This document shows positions 1 to 12,700 of a stretch of DNA of 64,000 nucleotides, piece after piece; positions within the stretch are counted from its first letter, which is position 1; the number at the start of each line of letters is the position of its first letter. The position numbers and the translations under genes were made by a program. The stretch is from assembly GCA_044221725.1 (NCBI GenBank), contig JBGAON010000003.1, positions 256,001 to 320,000 of the forward strand, given 5' to 3'. Under the pieces are notes generated by a model. The model searched no databases. It was not told where the DNA came from and saw nothing but the letters and a program-made list of their open reading frames with translations. Origin of the DNA: Elusimicrobiota bacterium (GTDB lineage Bacteria > Elusimicrobiota > Elusimicrobia > F11).

Positions 1-40
1 CGAAAGAAAACGTTTCCCCGATCCCAAACGAAGTGTAAAC

Positions 41-95
41 CCCTCACCCTGGCTCTCTCCCCTCACTTCGTTCGGAGGGAGGGCCAGGGTGAGGG
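41..95. repeat. REP-like GC-rich palindrome, possibly a bidirectional terminator between convergent genes
   Basis: ccctcaccctggc (41-53) is the exact reverse complement of gccagggtgaggg (83-95). Same family as the elements at 32487 and 61824. Confidence 0.8.
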
Positions 96-101
96 CCTCC
101 T

Positions 102-491
102 TTATTTATTCTGGCGCTGCATCCTTTGTTGCTGATCCTGCAGGCGTTGGTTCAGTTCGTTGATGCGGTTGATTTCCTGGAGCGTTTGCAATTGGCGCTG
201 GATGGCTGCGTCGTTCGCGGTGGTGGATTGCGGTGGAGTGTACGGCTGTCCCGGCAGACGCTGGCCTTTTCTCCGCGCTTCCTCGATGTCTTTTTGCGTG
301 TAGGTTTTTGTTGCGCGTCCGTCGGTGGTCGTGCGCTCCGCGAGATTTGGTGGTGGCATTTCTCTGAAATTCATGGCCGACGCGCGGTCGCGTTCAAATT
401 TTCGGAACAGAAAATATCCACCGGCGGCGACCGAAACCGCTGCAACCGTTACTCCGGTCCATAACGCCATCCGTTTCCATCCAAAACTCAT
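102..491 (-). CDS. Hypothetical membrane-anchored protein with Gln-rich C-terminal coiled coil
   Basis: ATG at 491 preceded by GGAGG. N-terminal hydrophobic helix (ALWTGVTVAAVSVAAGGYFLF) and Q-rich tail. Divergent from the giant gene. Confidence 0.7.
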   Translation of the reverse strand: MSFGWKRMALWTGVTVAAVSVAAGGYFLFRKFERDRASAMNFREMPPPNLAERTTTDGRATKTYTQKDIEEARRKGQRLPGQPYTPPQSTTANDAAIQRQLQTLQEINRINELNQRLQDQQQRMQRQNK

Positions 492-548
492 TTTTATCCT
501 CCAAAAAAGCAATTCCCATCGTGAAATCAATATGAAACAAGCGCTTGA

Positions 549-592
549 ATTTCACAGGTTTTTAACCTGATTTTAATGAGATTTTAATGCAT
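549..592 (+). promoter_or_regulatory. Array 1 of 11-bp-periodic direct repeats, putative OmpR/PhoB-family binding site
   Basis: atttcacaggt / ttttaacctga / ttttaatgaga / ttttaatgcat in exact 11-bp register. Confidence 0.55.
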
Positions 593-628
593 TTCGCCCA
601 TAATCAAAGAGTGATTTTTCGCGCCAAA

Positions 629-699
629 AACACTGTTACAACACTGTTACAACTAATTTACAACTCGTTAATGCGATCTTAATCGCCTCTCGATAAACT
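629..699 (+). promoter_or_regulatory. Array 2 of 11-bp repeats (Pho-box-like) plus -10 element of the giant gene
   Basis: aacactgttac twice (perfect), then aactaatttac, aactcgttaat, gcgatcttaat (629-683). TAAACT at 694-699. No canonical -35 or Shine-Dalgarno. Confidence 0.6.
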
Positions 700-704
700 A
701 ACTT

Positions 705-3700
705 ATGATGCGTCGAATACCGTCGAAAAACGTGAGCATTTTAAAAAAATTCACAGCGGTTGCTGTGTCGGCTATTTATTTGCAGGTGAACATTGTTTGG
801 GCCACTCCCACGCAAAATCCTGCCACGCTTCTCACGCATTCTCCGACGATTTCACAATTCTTCACGCACTTCTCCAAACCTGCCGATAACACTCCGATTG
901 TTTTCCACGCGAATCCCGCCGACGATCCGAACCGGTTCCTCCGCAATCAACGTAACGAACAAGCGTTCATGAACCCCGCCGACGTGGCGACACGCGAAGC
1001 GCGCGCGAACGACGCGCAAGTCGGGCTGGGATTCACGGGCCGAAACCCCGCGGGCCAGATAACACAACGGTTGGGGCTGCCCGTAGAAAATTTGACGGTC
1101 GGCGACCTGTTAAGAGTGGTTCCAGTTCGAACACGCGAAGCAATTCTCGATGCATTCAAGAAAGACGACGGCGCTGCGCTGAAGCTCGACGTGCAAAACG
1201 GAAGGATCGTGATCACCGGAAAAGAAGGCAACAACACGGTCACGATCAAAGCGGACATCAAGCACGAAGGTGGCCGGCAAATTCTCGCGGTGAATCGGAT
1301 CGACAAGTCTGTTACGCAAGAGCGCCGACCGGAGAACGCCGCCGACAAACAGGAAAAAGGAAAAGTCACCGAGCAAGATGTGCTCGGCAAGCAGCACACG
1401 ATTGACGGCCAGAAATTTGACGTGAAGAAAAACGAAGCCGGTCAGTTGGTGCCGGTCGACCCGGCGACGGGCAAACAGATCAAGCCGGTCGTCGAGAACA
1501 AAATGAAAGACGTGTACGGCCGAATCCACAACGTGAAGATGGAAGTGGATCATTTCGAGCTGCGCGACGGCCAGCTGTTGGCGGTGGGACGAAACCTGAA
1601 CCTGAAAGGCGGTGTGGATTTCCGTTTCGGTGGTGCTGACGACGGCGCGGGCGACGGAAAAGGTTTCGGTAACGTTCCGGGCAGTCACAATATTACAGCG
1701 ACGATTCGCGACGGCGGCGTCGGCGTGTTCCAAGTGACGGACCCGAAAAAAGAGTCGGCGGTGGGTGTGATTGTGCGCGTGAACTTGGAAAACGGAAACG
1801 CACGGCTTGATCACGCGGCGGTTACGTACCAGCCCATCAATCCGACATCGACCGATGTGAAAATTCAATTTCAAGCGAACAACGGCGCGATCACGCAACT
1901 CGCGACATCGAAAGACGCCGGCACAACCGCGGTGGGTAATCAACAGCTCCACATGACCACCTGGAATGTGGAAAGCGGCGCCGAGACAGTGAAGATGAAC
2001 GTGAAAGGCAAAGAAGTCGGTGTGCTCGCGTACCTGAACATTCAACGCGGCACAATTTTATCCGATCAAAAGGGCGGACTCGTTGGGCACGCGGTTGTCG
2101 ACGAGAAAACAAACACGGCGACACAAATCTATTTTGCGGGGAACGCCCGCGGGCAAGAACTTGCGGCGCTCGCGGTCACGGACAAACAAAACGGCAAGCT
2201 TGAAAAAGTGGACGTGATTCTGCAGAGCGAAAGCGGAAAGATGAACAAAACGCTGAACAAAGATTCGGACGTGAAAGTCGAAGCTGCTACGCTCGCGAAG
2301 CTTGAGAAGTTGGATTTCAACGGGATGGACCGCGCCGCGATAAAACAAGCGATCACGGCCGTCGTCGGCACCGGCAAAGAATCGTCGGGTTACGAAGTGA
2401 ACACGAAGGTGAAGGTGAACGGCGCCGAAGCCGATTTGAGAATCACGACCGGAAAAGACAAAGACGGAAAAATGGTCATCCTGATCGGAACGAACAACCG
2501 TGACCTGGCGATAAAAATCTTTGGCTCAGAAACGGTGGCGAAAGCCGAGAACAAAGTCAAAGAACAATTCGACAGCGTGAAGAAGGAGCTTCCCGCCGAC
2601 GCAAAATTCACCTACCTCGAAGCGAACGGCCGCATGCAGGCGCAAGTGGTGTTCAAAGTTCCAGGAACGGACCGCTTGGCGTCCATTCTCGTCGACGTGA
2701 ATCTCGAAAAAGCGGACGAGCCGACGACAGTCGTGCGCGACGGAAATGCCACCGAATATCTTTTTGGCGCTGGGCGCGCTCCCGGCATATCCGTGGAAGG
2801 ATTGCGCACCAACATTCGCGAATCGATTGGCAATCTGGACAGGCAGATCGCGGCCGAAACGACGCCGAGCAAGAGACTCGACGAACTAAAAGCAACGCGC
2901 GCGAATTTCGCGGAAAGCCTGAAGAAGCTTGATTCTCCTGAAACAAGAATCAAAGTCACGCAAAGCACATCGATTGGTGCGCTGAATTTCAATCACCTGA
3001 GCATCACTTACAAAGACGGCGGGGAAGAAAAAACGATTTCTGCCGTTTCTATCTCGCAAGGCGAAAACCCCGGCGTGTTGCGGTTTTCCGTTGAAGCGAT
3101 GCAAACGCTGGCTGGAAAATCGGCAATGGATTCACTCGAAAATCGCGTTGTTGGCAACGCACTGCCGCTTTTCGAAGCACTGGGCATTTCAAAAGCAAAC
3201 GTGAGTGTGAAGTTGGAAGGCGTCACTGTTGGGGCGGACATCCAATTTAATTCGCTAGCGACGGTCACGCGGGGAACCGAAAAAATTGCGGTGCCGGTGA
3301 ATGGTTCCATCGCGAACCCCACGATTGACGTGGACTCCGCCGTGCGCCTCGTTGGCAAAGACAAAATCCAAGGGTTCGAAAATGCGCTTCGTCAGGACGC
3401 TCTTGGCGGCGTGCAGCTCGCCATCGCGCAGGCGCCCACCCCGCAAGCAAAAGCGGAAGCTGAAAAAGTGCTCGCTGTGATGAAAGCGGCGTTGGCGGAC
3501 CCCAACACAAAGGCCATGCAATTTTCTGTGGGCGACAACGGCCAGTTAACAATGACGATGCGCGGTAAAGATTCGAACCAGCAAGATTTGCTGATCGTCG
3601 GCACCATGGGCTACAAGGGATTTGAAATAGCGGCCGCGCGCGGCGCCAATTGGCTGCTGTCGCAGACAACGATGACAGACCCATCGACGAGAGCGGTGGT

Positions 3701-6700
3701 GCAGCAAACGTTTATCACGGTCTCACGACCAACCGAGGCGCTCGCGTCTGTTATCGGCGCCGTCTTCACGCCCGCATCAACATCAATCGAAGTCATGCGG
3801 GTGACGGCCGATCGTGGGCTGGTCTCGCGCGATTCTGTGAGATCCATCGAGCGCATCGCCGGCCGAGAAATTGTGTCAGAGAAAATAATTTCGAGCGATC
3901 AATCGACCGGTCAGCGCATTGAAGATCTTTATACACCAGGTTCCCACACAACCCGCTATTTCGAGAACGGCGTTGAAGCGGCCCAGCCAATCCGCGGCAT
4001 TTGGGGCGCCGTGAGTGGGATTACTTACCAGTTCAACGGACGCGACCTGGCCGCCTCGTGGACCAACTTGGAAAGCCGCGCCGGCGATGGCACCAGCATT
4101 TTGTTCCTCACACGAAATGGTGTGCGCGAAGGGCACGTAGAGAAATCAGCGGAAAGAAATTCGCTCGATTTCATTTACACGAACGCTTCCTCGAACGGCG
4201 CTGTTTCGTTCGTCGGCCAAAGAATTGAACGCACGAGCGATTCTTCGCTGACCGCGCAGTCTGTCGGACAATTGGTTCACTTAAAAATGGACGACGGAAA
4301 AATTGTGTTGGGTATTTACGGGGAGGGCCGGGGCCTCACGCTTGAGCGAAATTTAACCGACAACAAAAAAATCGGACTTGGAGATTCGTTCCGGTTTGAT
4401 GGAAACCAAGTTACGATCATCGCGAAGCCCGGCTCGCGTACCGGTGAAACTCAGATTGATACGGCGATCGAAGGTCAAATTGGTCGTTTGACAACAGTTC
4501 TCTCGCCCGACGGTCTAAAAACCGGCGTCGTCACAAAAATCGAAAACGAAACAAAGTTGACGCACACATCCAACGGACGAACGAGCGAGTTTACGCTTCC
4601 CGCCGGCACGGTTGGCCTCACCATTGGAAACGAATTCGTGGTGACCTCACAAACTCGAGCAACCGTGGTATCGGATGGCCGGACAAATAACGTTTTGATT
4701 GATCCCGGATCGAAATTTTCGTTCGCGGTCACGCCGACCAACAATGTCGGCGGTCAACTCGGAAGTATGGTGAGCGGAAGTTACTACGTCGAAAATGGTC
4801 ACCTGAACGCCGGAAAAATTTCCAACGAATCGAGTGTCCTTCAAATGCAGGGTGGTGGTCGTGGTGCGCAAGCAAATGAGGTGGTCGACCGCGAAGTGGA
4901 TGCTGAAGGCAACACCGTGGTGGTTCGTGGACGAATTTATGTGCAAGACAATCAGCTGAAGTTCAGGGAAGGAACGCTGTTCAATAACGTCGCCGTTGAT
5001 GAGCGGTACGTGCGAAGTTTTGATTACCGCGTCGGCGCCGGCGACAAATACGCGGTGCTTCAAAAAGATGGATCGTTTCAGGCGGCGTTCCGTTCGCGCT
5101 TCTCGTTAAACAATGAAATTCGCGCCGACATGGAAAAATTTATCGACAAAGCCGAAATTCGCGCTCAATACATCAAAGAAAATGTTGCGAAGGTTGTCGT
5201 TTTCGACTCTCAGGGACAGCGCGTCGGAGAGTATTCGGTTAACTACAAAGATGACATGCAGCGCGTCCAAGAGGCGCACGGCGTATCCGGAGGTTCCGGG
5301 GGCGCCGGAGTTTATTTCACAGATACGAATCGCGTTCGAATCAAAAATGGTGCACTTCAATTTGACAGCGAGAAAAATGACGAGAAAGAGGTTTTTCACG
5401 TCCTCGATGGCAACGGAAAATTCCAGCAGCGAAACGAAATCTCAATCATCCCGAAATTCGAGATCCAAGTTGGCAATCAAAAGGCAACGGTAAAAATTAC
5501 CGAGCTGCAAGACGCCGGCGGAAAAACCATTGTTAAGTCGATCAAGTTGTTCGATGGCGCCGGCAAACTGTTAAGAGACGTTAGCGAGGTTTCCAATCTA
5601 AGACTCGCGAAGGCCGAACAAGGCAAAGATCAGCAAACCAAATACGACGCCCGAGAAAATCTCGAGCGTGAGATTCAAGACTGGAAGTCGTACGCGGAAA
5701 CCAAAAAGGTGCCGGGTCAGGAAAATGCGCTCGGCTATCTGTTACGTGACCGATCGGCTGACATGTTTGCTGTGCAACGCAATGACATCGGCCGCCCCAG
5801 TTTCATCGGACTTCTGCAAGTAGCCGTTCAAGGAGTTGTTGTTCAGCCCCTCGAAGCTCTGTATTCACTGACGATTTCTCGCACGACAACTGTTTCCGAT
5901 TGGATGGCGCGCAACAATCTGTCGATTCAAGGGATCGAGGCCAAAGGCAACGCGGCCGACTGGTCCGCTTTTACGAGGCAGATCGAACGCGGAGAAAAGC
6001 CGTCGTCGGATATTTTGAAAGCGGTGGGCCTGCAGAAAAACGGATTTGCGCTCGATACGTTCATCAGCGTCGATTCGTTTTTGGGACATATGTTCGCCGC
6101 TGACAAAGCGATGAACATGGTAGATGCGAGGGGAAATGTCAGCATTAAGAATATTGGACTCGCGGGAGGAATTTGGGTCGCCACCGTATTGTCGGGTGGG
6201 AGCGCAAGCGCGGCGACAAGCGTTGCGGCGAACGGCGTTCGTGCCGGTTGGTTGTCACGTGTGGTTTGGGGTGGCGCCAGCAGCACCCGAGCTGCCATCG
6301 GTGCGCAGCTTGCGCGCTACAACGTTGTGGGTGCGGTGAGGGGCGCGGGTTTTTGGGGCACAGCGAGGGGTATAACACTCGGTGGTTTTCAACTTATGTT
6401 GCGCGCCGAAGCCGTTAACGCAATCGATCAGGTGCTCACCTCCTACAACATAGAAGGATTTTCCGATAACACCTCAAAATTAACGGTGACCGCCATCTGG
6501 AAAGTTGCGCTCAGCGAAATTTATTTTGCGGCACCGTTGCTCGCTCCTTTGTTCGGATCGTCGCGGGCCGCGACGTTTGGAGTTACGGCAAATTGGCTAA
6601 CCACGGCGAAAAATTTTTCGGAATCGTCCGCAGCGGGTACGTTGCTCGTCCTTCGTTATACATCCACGGCACTTGTCGGCGCAGCAATCGGAGCTGGCTC

Positions 6701-9700
6701 GCAAATTTTGGAAAACCAAGGAAAGTTGACCTGGGATACTGGATGGGCGGCTGTGAAAGGGGCGTTGACAGCTGTTGTGGTGCGCGCGGTATTTACCGGT
6801 ACGACAATCGCCATCAATAAGATTGGAAATAAGATTGAACAAAAAGCCGCTGCCGGCAATCCATCCTTAACAAAAGAATCATTCTCTCTTGATAAACGAA
6901 CTGAGAAGCTGGTGGAACATTCTCAGACCGGAAAAAATCTCGCGGGACAGAAAGCGGAGTCCTTCCGCGAATCCAGCAATGTTCATATTCGAATCGCCGG
7001 ACTACGGTCGCTTCAAATTGGCCGTGACTTGGTGACGGGGATTAGCGGATCGATCACCTTTCAAATTCTGTCCGGTAAGAATGTGCTCGAACGTCAAAAC
7101 GCAATTGATGCGCTGAGGCAGGGCGCGTTTATGGGCTTTATCTTCGGTGGCGCGCGCATGGCCGTTACGAATTGGGCGACGGCTTTTAAAAATATGAGCA
7201 CGGTCGGCGGGTTGGCCGCGTTCAACGCGCAACGCATTCAATCGGGTGTGATGATGGGTGTTTGGGAAGTGAGCGTGGCGCCGTTCACCGGTTTTATTTC
7301 TGAAGCGTTTTACGCGGCGACAGATTATCTCGGCCTCACGACCGACAAGGACAGAGCGGACCGCAACGAACAAAAAGAACAACAGCAAAAAGAACGCGCG
7401 GCGCTCAAAGAAAATTTTGGGGCAACGCTCGGTGAGGTTCGCTTTCAGTTCAATAAATTCTGGGGCACGTTCCAGAATATTTCAGGTCTGCATCCGTTCT
7501 TCTCTCTCGGTCGCCCGGGTGTCAACATTTTCTCGAAACCTGTCGAGGGAATTGTCGGACGCTACACGAACGCGACCTTCAATCAGATTTCCAGTGCCCT
7601 CACCAAAGTTCGGATCACGGGGACCGCAAACAATGTTCTCTCTAATATCTTGTGGCAAGCGCGCGGCACGGTGCAGTTCTTGTCAACGAACGCGATTGTT
7701 AACCCGATTAACATCAACACATTCTTCATTTATGAAACGGTGGGCTTAAAGGGCGCGATGGCTATCGGACTCGTTACGCCGATGAAAGAAGTGAATGGCC
7801 AGTTGGTTCTCGTCGACAAAAATGGCGATGCGATTAAGGGGGACGCCGGCAAGCCGAGTTTCTTCCAAGAAACTGTTGCGACTGTTTTTCGAGTGGCGGG
7901 GTTTATTAGTGCGCCGATTCATGCGAGCCCAGATAAGAGTGCCGAAGGGGCGTATGCTCGTGGACAGATCGGTTCGTTGAGTGCACCGGAGACCTTTATC
8001 GGCAAAAGCGTGCGAGCGGTGGAAGAAACCGTCGGCATCGTGGACAGACGAAACCCACAAGCCTTTACACTAGCGAACAACCTGAAAGAACACTTGGAAA
8101 GCGGAAAAGGCGGCGATTTCGAATTCACGGCGACGGACGGACGTCGTTACACGTTGAGCGGCCAAGAAGCGCGCGACCTTGGAAACCAGGCACGCGTGGC
8201 GGTTTTGTCGACGCCGGAAATTGCGAAGGCCGCGGAGAAGGCGGGCGTGTTGCCGGAACATATCGCATACAACCCAGTGACCGGAGAAGCGCGCGTGCTA
8301 ACGCCGAACCACTCCGCGCCCGCAGGATTTTTTGAAGTTCGTCTGCCAAATCGAGCCGCTGAAACAGCAGCGAAAGAAACCGCTTCGGCGAAAACCGGTG
8401 CTGATGTTGCGGGTTCCGCCGATACGTCAAAGCCCGCGACCAACGATTCCACGAAAGCGCCGTTGGCGGAAACGAAACCCCAGGAGCCTACGAAACCCGC
8501 GAACCGCGCGGACATCGGAAAAATTAACGGAGTAAAAGTCGAAGCTGTCGAAGACGTGGACGGCAACATCCGCATAAAGATTGCCGAGCCTGTGACCGAT
8601 GACGTGGCCCGCGATCTCGAGAGCAGAGTTTTTGTTGTTGAGAACGGTAACGCAAAAGAAGTGGCCGTGGGGCGCTTGGGCGACATTGTCGTCAAGAACG
8701 AAGACCGAGCCAACAACGCGCCGCTGAAAGTAACCGAACTGACGCCCGAAACAGCACTCGATCGTGCCGCCCGGTCCGATGCGAGCCCTGATGTGCGTTC
8801 GGTCGCCGGACTTCGACCAGGGGAAGTTGTCGTAAAAATGGGTGTCGAAAATTTTGTGGTTGCCGTGAAAGCGAGAGCCGAAGGCGCGTTGGCAAACAGC
8901 CCAGCGCAGGATACCAGCGTCAAAGCCCGAGCGAAAGAAGAGGTGAACGCAAAACCAGAAGATGCGGTGAAGAACGTCGCGGGTTGGGACAAGCTCGCTC
9001 CGGAAACACAAGCCGCGGTCCAACGTTTGATGGCGGATCCAACGATTGGCGCAAAAGTTCGCGGCATGCTGGCCGAGATGGGTGGGCGCGGTCTTGAAAT
9101 GTTGGGCGCTCTTTACGATGCAGCGGGTCACGATACCTTCACCCGCGTTATCGAAAGCTTATCGCCGGAGCAGGTAAAAAGTTTGGCGAAAACAATGAAC
9201 GAACTGTCGCCGCTCGCGAAATCCAATTTTGTTTCCATGGTGAAAGATCTAGCGCGTAATGGCGAAGCGGCGCTGCGCACGTTTCTCGCTGTTGTCTCAA
9301 CGCTTGGACCGAAAGTATCGAACGCTTTATTTGAGGGCCTGAAGCCCGCCGGCCGGGAAGCGTTTCAAAAAATCATTTCCATTTTTTCGGATGCGACAAA
9401 AGCGACCGCGCTGCAAGGTTTCAAAAATGTTTTGGCCGAACTAACGCCAACGGGTGCGCAGGCCTTGGCTTCTTTCTTCAACGAAATTGGCGGCAAAGAC
9501 GGAAAAGGGGTGACGACGTTCGCAAAATTTTTGGAGATCGCCGGGCAAAAAGGCAACGAGAATATCGCGAAGACCTTCGGTAAGCTATTAAATGGCCTTA
9601 CGCTTCTCGGTGGCGCCGCGCTCGGCGCCGCGTTCACTCAACTGGGCCGTGCCCGCGAACAAACGTTTGCGCAACTGATGCGCACGTTGAGCAAATCCGA

Positions 9701-12700
9701 TTTGCAGGGCTTCGCAGCGTTCGTGAACACGCTGGGTGAAAAAGGTCAAGGCGCAATTCTCGGGAAAATTTTGAATCTGCTTCCGAACGCGAACGGTATT
9801 CCGAAACAAGTGATTACGCTTGGCAACCTGTTTGCGCAATTGAACAAAACCGCCGGTCAGCGCTTGGCCGATATGTTCATGCGTGCCGACGCTAAAAATG
9901 AACTGGTTAATCTTGTTAGTTCCGTGACGAAGCTGGAACCGAAAGCGGCGGCCGCGTTCGCCGAGGTGCTGAACAACGGGGCGGCTGCAACGGTCATCGC
10001 GCTCGGCATCTTGTTGGGATCAAACGATAAGGATGTTCGTTTCGGCGCGGCCGAATTGCTTGCAAGCGCCGGCAAAGAAGGTGCCCTTGGACTGAAAAAT
10101 GTTTTGGATGCGTTCGCGAATCTCATTGAGCGCGGCATTGGTCATCCCGATGCCAAAAGTGATACGGCGCTCGAGAATGTCGCGAAGCTCGCGGCGGCGC
10201 AACTTTCAAAATTTGTGAAAGAGTCCGACAGCGCTCAGAAACAAACGTTTGGCCAGGCGCTGCGCGAATTGTCGAGAAATGCGAACGGACCCAAAGATGC
10301 GGCCGACATCATGGCTCATTTCCTAGCGAGCGATGTTGGTCACGCAGCGCTCGGTCGCGCGCTCACTTCGTTTGCGGAACACGGCGGGATGTTGGGACGC
10401 GTCCTGATGACGGTCACCCAAAACGCACCAAAAAAAATTGTGGATCCAATATCGGGTCGCGAAACAGATACAACCAACAGTTGGGTTGCGAACCTCCTTA
10501 TTAATTCCATTGAAGTGAGCCAGGTGGGCGGTGCTCGCGATGTGTCGCCGGGAGAGATGGCTGGCCGCATGCTGCGCCCCGCGTTCTTCGACGTCCGTGG
10601 GAAACCGCGCACCGCGGACGAAACCACAAAATTCACCGAAGGTGTGTTGGGCAGCGTTTTCAACAAACCACCCGAAGCGTTCAACGATCGCGAGAAACAA
10701 ATGGCGGGCGACATGCTCGAACATTTGGCGGCAACGATGTCCGATACCCAGAAAGTCGCCGCGCGAGCGCTTGCCGACAAATTCGGAATCGAAGTGGACT
10801 TCGGTGCCTCGCCCGAGGCGCTTGCCGCAAAAACCGAAGGCAAAGATGCCGAAGCGAAAGAAGACGCCGCGGTATCAAACAATTCCGTTGCCGACGGAGA
10901 AGAACCTCACCCAGACACCGGACGCGCCGCTGTGGAGCGGAGCGCGGTCGGACGCGTCTTAAAAGCGGTCAAAGACTTTTTCCGATCCGACTATGGCGAC
11001 GAGTTCATGACGCACGAAGACGTCATGGCGAAAATTGCTTACGTGGAACAGAAACTTTTTGGTGAAGACAGCGAACATAAAAAAGTGGAAGCGGGAACGT
11101 TCGGTTCCCAATCGGGAAAAGATTGGTTTGACAGCATTCGGTGGACCGATAAACAAGTCATCAAAGAGAACAAGCTTGGCCAAGAGGACGACGTCATCAT
11201 TCTGCGTGCCACCACCGGCGGAAAGACGGTGTTCCTAATGCTCCGCGATGGAAAAGTTTGGATTTCGAAAACGACGCTAAGGAAAAATGCGTCGGACGTT
11301 ACGTTCTTCCTGGTTTCGGACGCGGCACGCACCAAGGAGCTAAAGAAGAGCCTACAGGGAGCGGAAGGACTGGCGGAAACCAGCAACATAAAAAAGGTCT
11401 TTTATAAACCGTGGATTGATTCAAAGGAAGACAAAGCCCAGTTCCTCGACGCGCTAAAGAACGATCCGGCGATTCTATCGATGCTTCATTTCTGGTTGGA
11501 GCGCGGCGTCACACCAAAAATAATGGGCCGATTAATCGTCGGCGACAACGCGCGCAACATGGGCTACATGCACAATGGGAGTATCCATCGCGGAATAGAA
11601 ACGACCGATATCGATGTGTTCATTCACGAAGTGTTTCATCTGGCGTTCGATACGAAACTAACGCCCGCACAAAAAGAAGCCATTCGAAAACGTTATGTGG
11701 ATGCCAACGGAGAACGTTCCGCAGAATACATGAAACTTTTTGATGAAGGGATTTATGACGCTGCGAAATACAAATCCGGAATTCAGAAAGCGGACGAGGC
11801 TTTTGCGCAGTACATGGAAATGATTGCGGCAGGCACCACGTTCCTCGAATACAAGCGCAAAGGGGACGTTGTTGTACGTCTTGAACTAACGAAAGGCGAC
11901 GTAGAGTTTTTCCTTTCTCAGGGCCTCATCACAAAGGCGGTAGCCGATCGCGCGATGAAGTTGCTCGATGCCGGGGCCGCGTCCAAAGAGTCGGAAGCGA
12001 CAAAGGATTCAAAGCCGAAAGAATCAACGTTCGAGCGGGCCACGAGCGCGCTTCGTCCTATTATTACCGCGGTTGGAGTGGCTGTCGGTGTCACCGAAAG
12101 GGCAGCAGAGGCTCCCCATGGCGCTCAAGTTGTTCGCACGGAGCCAGCCGGTGAGGCGAAGCCCGTAGAGCCTGCTGCCGAAACCGAATCTCGACCGGCC
12201 GCAGGTCGCAGCGAAGCCGAACCTGCGAAACCCGGTGAAAAGCCGCTGCCACAAGACGGATTTGATTTCACCGAAACAAAAAGCGATTCAAACCCGACGC
12301 GCCTGACCGACACTCCGGTCAACATTTTACGTAAAGCGGCGTATGTGGAAGCGTTGCACGGCCGCGAAGCGAAGCTCGTGTTCGAAGCTCTCTATCGAGA
12401 AAGTGCGGGTGTCGACGCAAAGTCCCTCAAAGCGGCGCTGGAAAAGATTATCGACAACGGTGTCAAAGAAGGCACCGGTTCTGACGCCGATTATTGGCGC
12501 CGTTCGGACGGAACGATTGTAACGCGGCGCGGCACTGTGATCAAAGAGACCGGGAAGTCTTACATTGAACGCCGTGAAAATTCCGGTGATCCGGGAAAAA
12601 CGAACACTATTGTTCGATTGTTTGATTTCGATGGAAACCAAATCGGTGAGCAAATTGCGATCCGCGGCGACGCGGCCACCGCGCGTAAGCAAGCCGAAGA

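Noticed and set aside
1..38. 3' end of an upstream plus-strand gene (TAA at 36-38)
   Set aside because: Too short to identify or support.
549..683. Short tandem repeats as a CRISPR array or replication iterons
   Set aside because: Units are 11 bp, contiguous and without spacers. No cas or rep gene nearby.
8990..10400. Prophage tape-measure gene
   Set aside because: No phage structural, terminase or integrase genes in the window, and the segment is internal to a signal-peptide-bearing protein.
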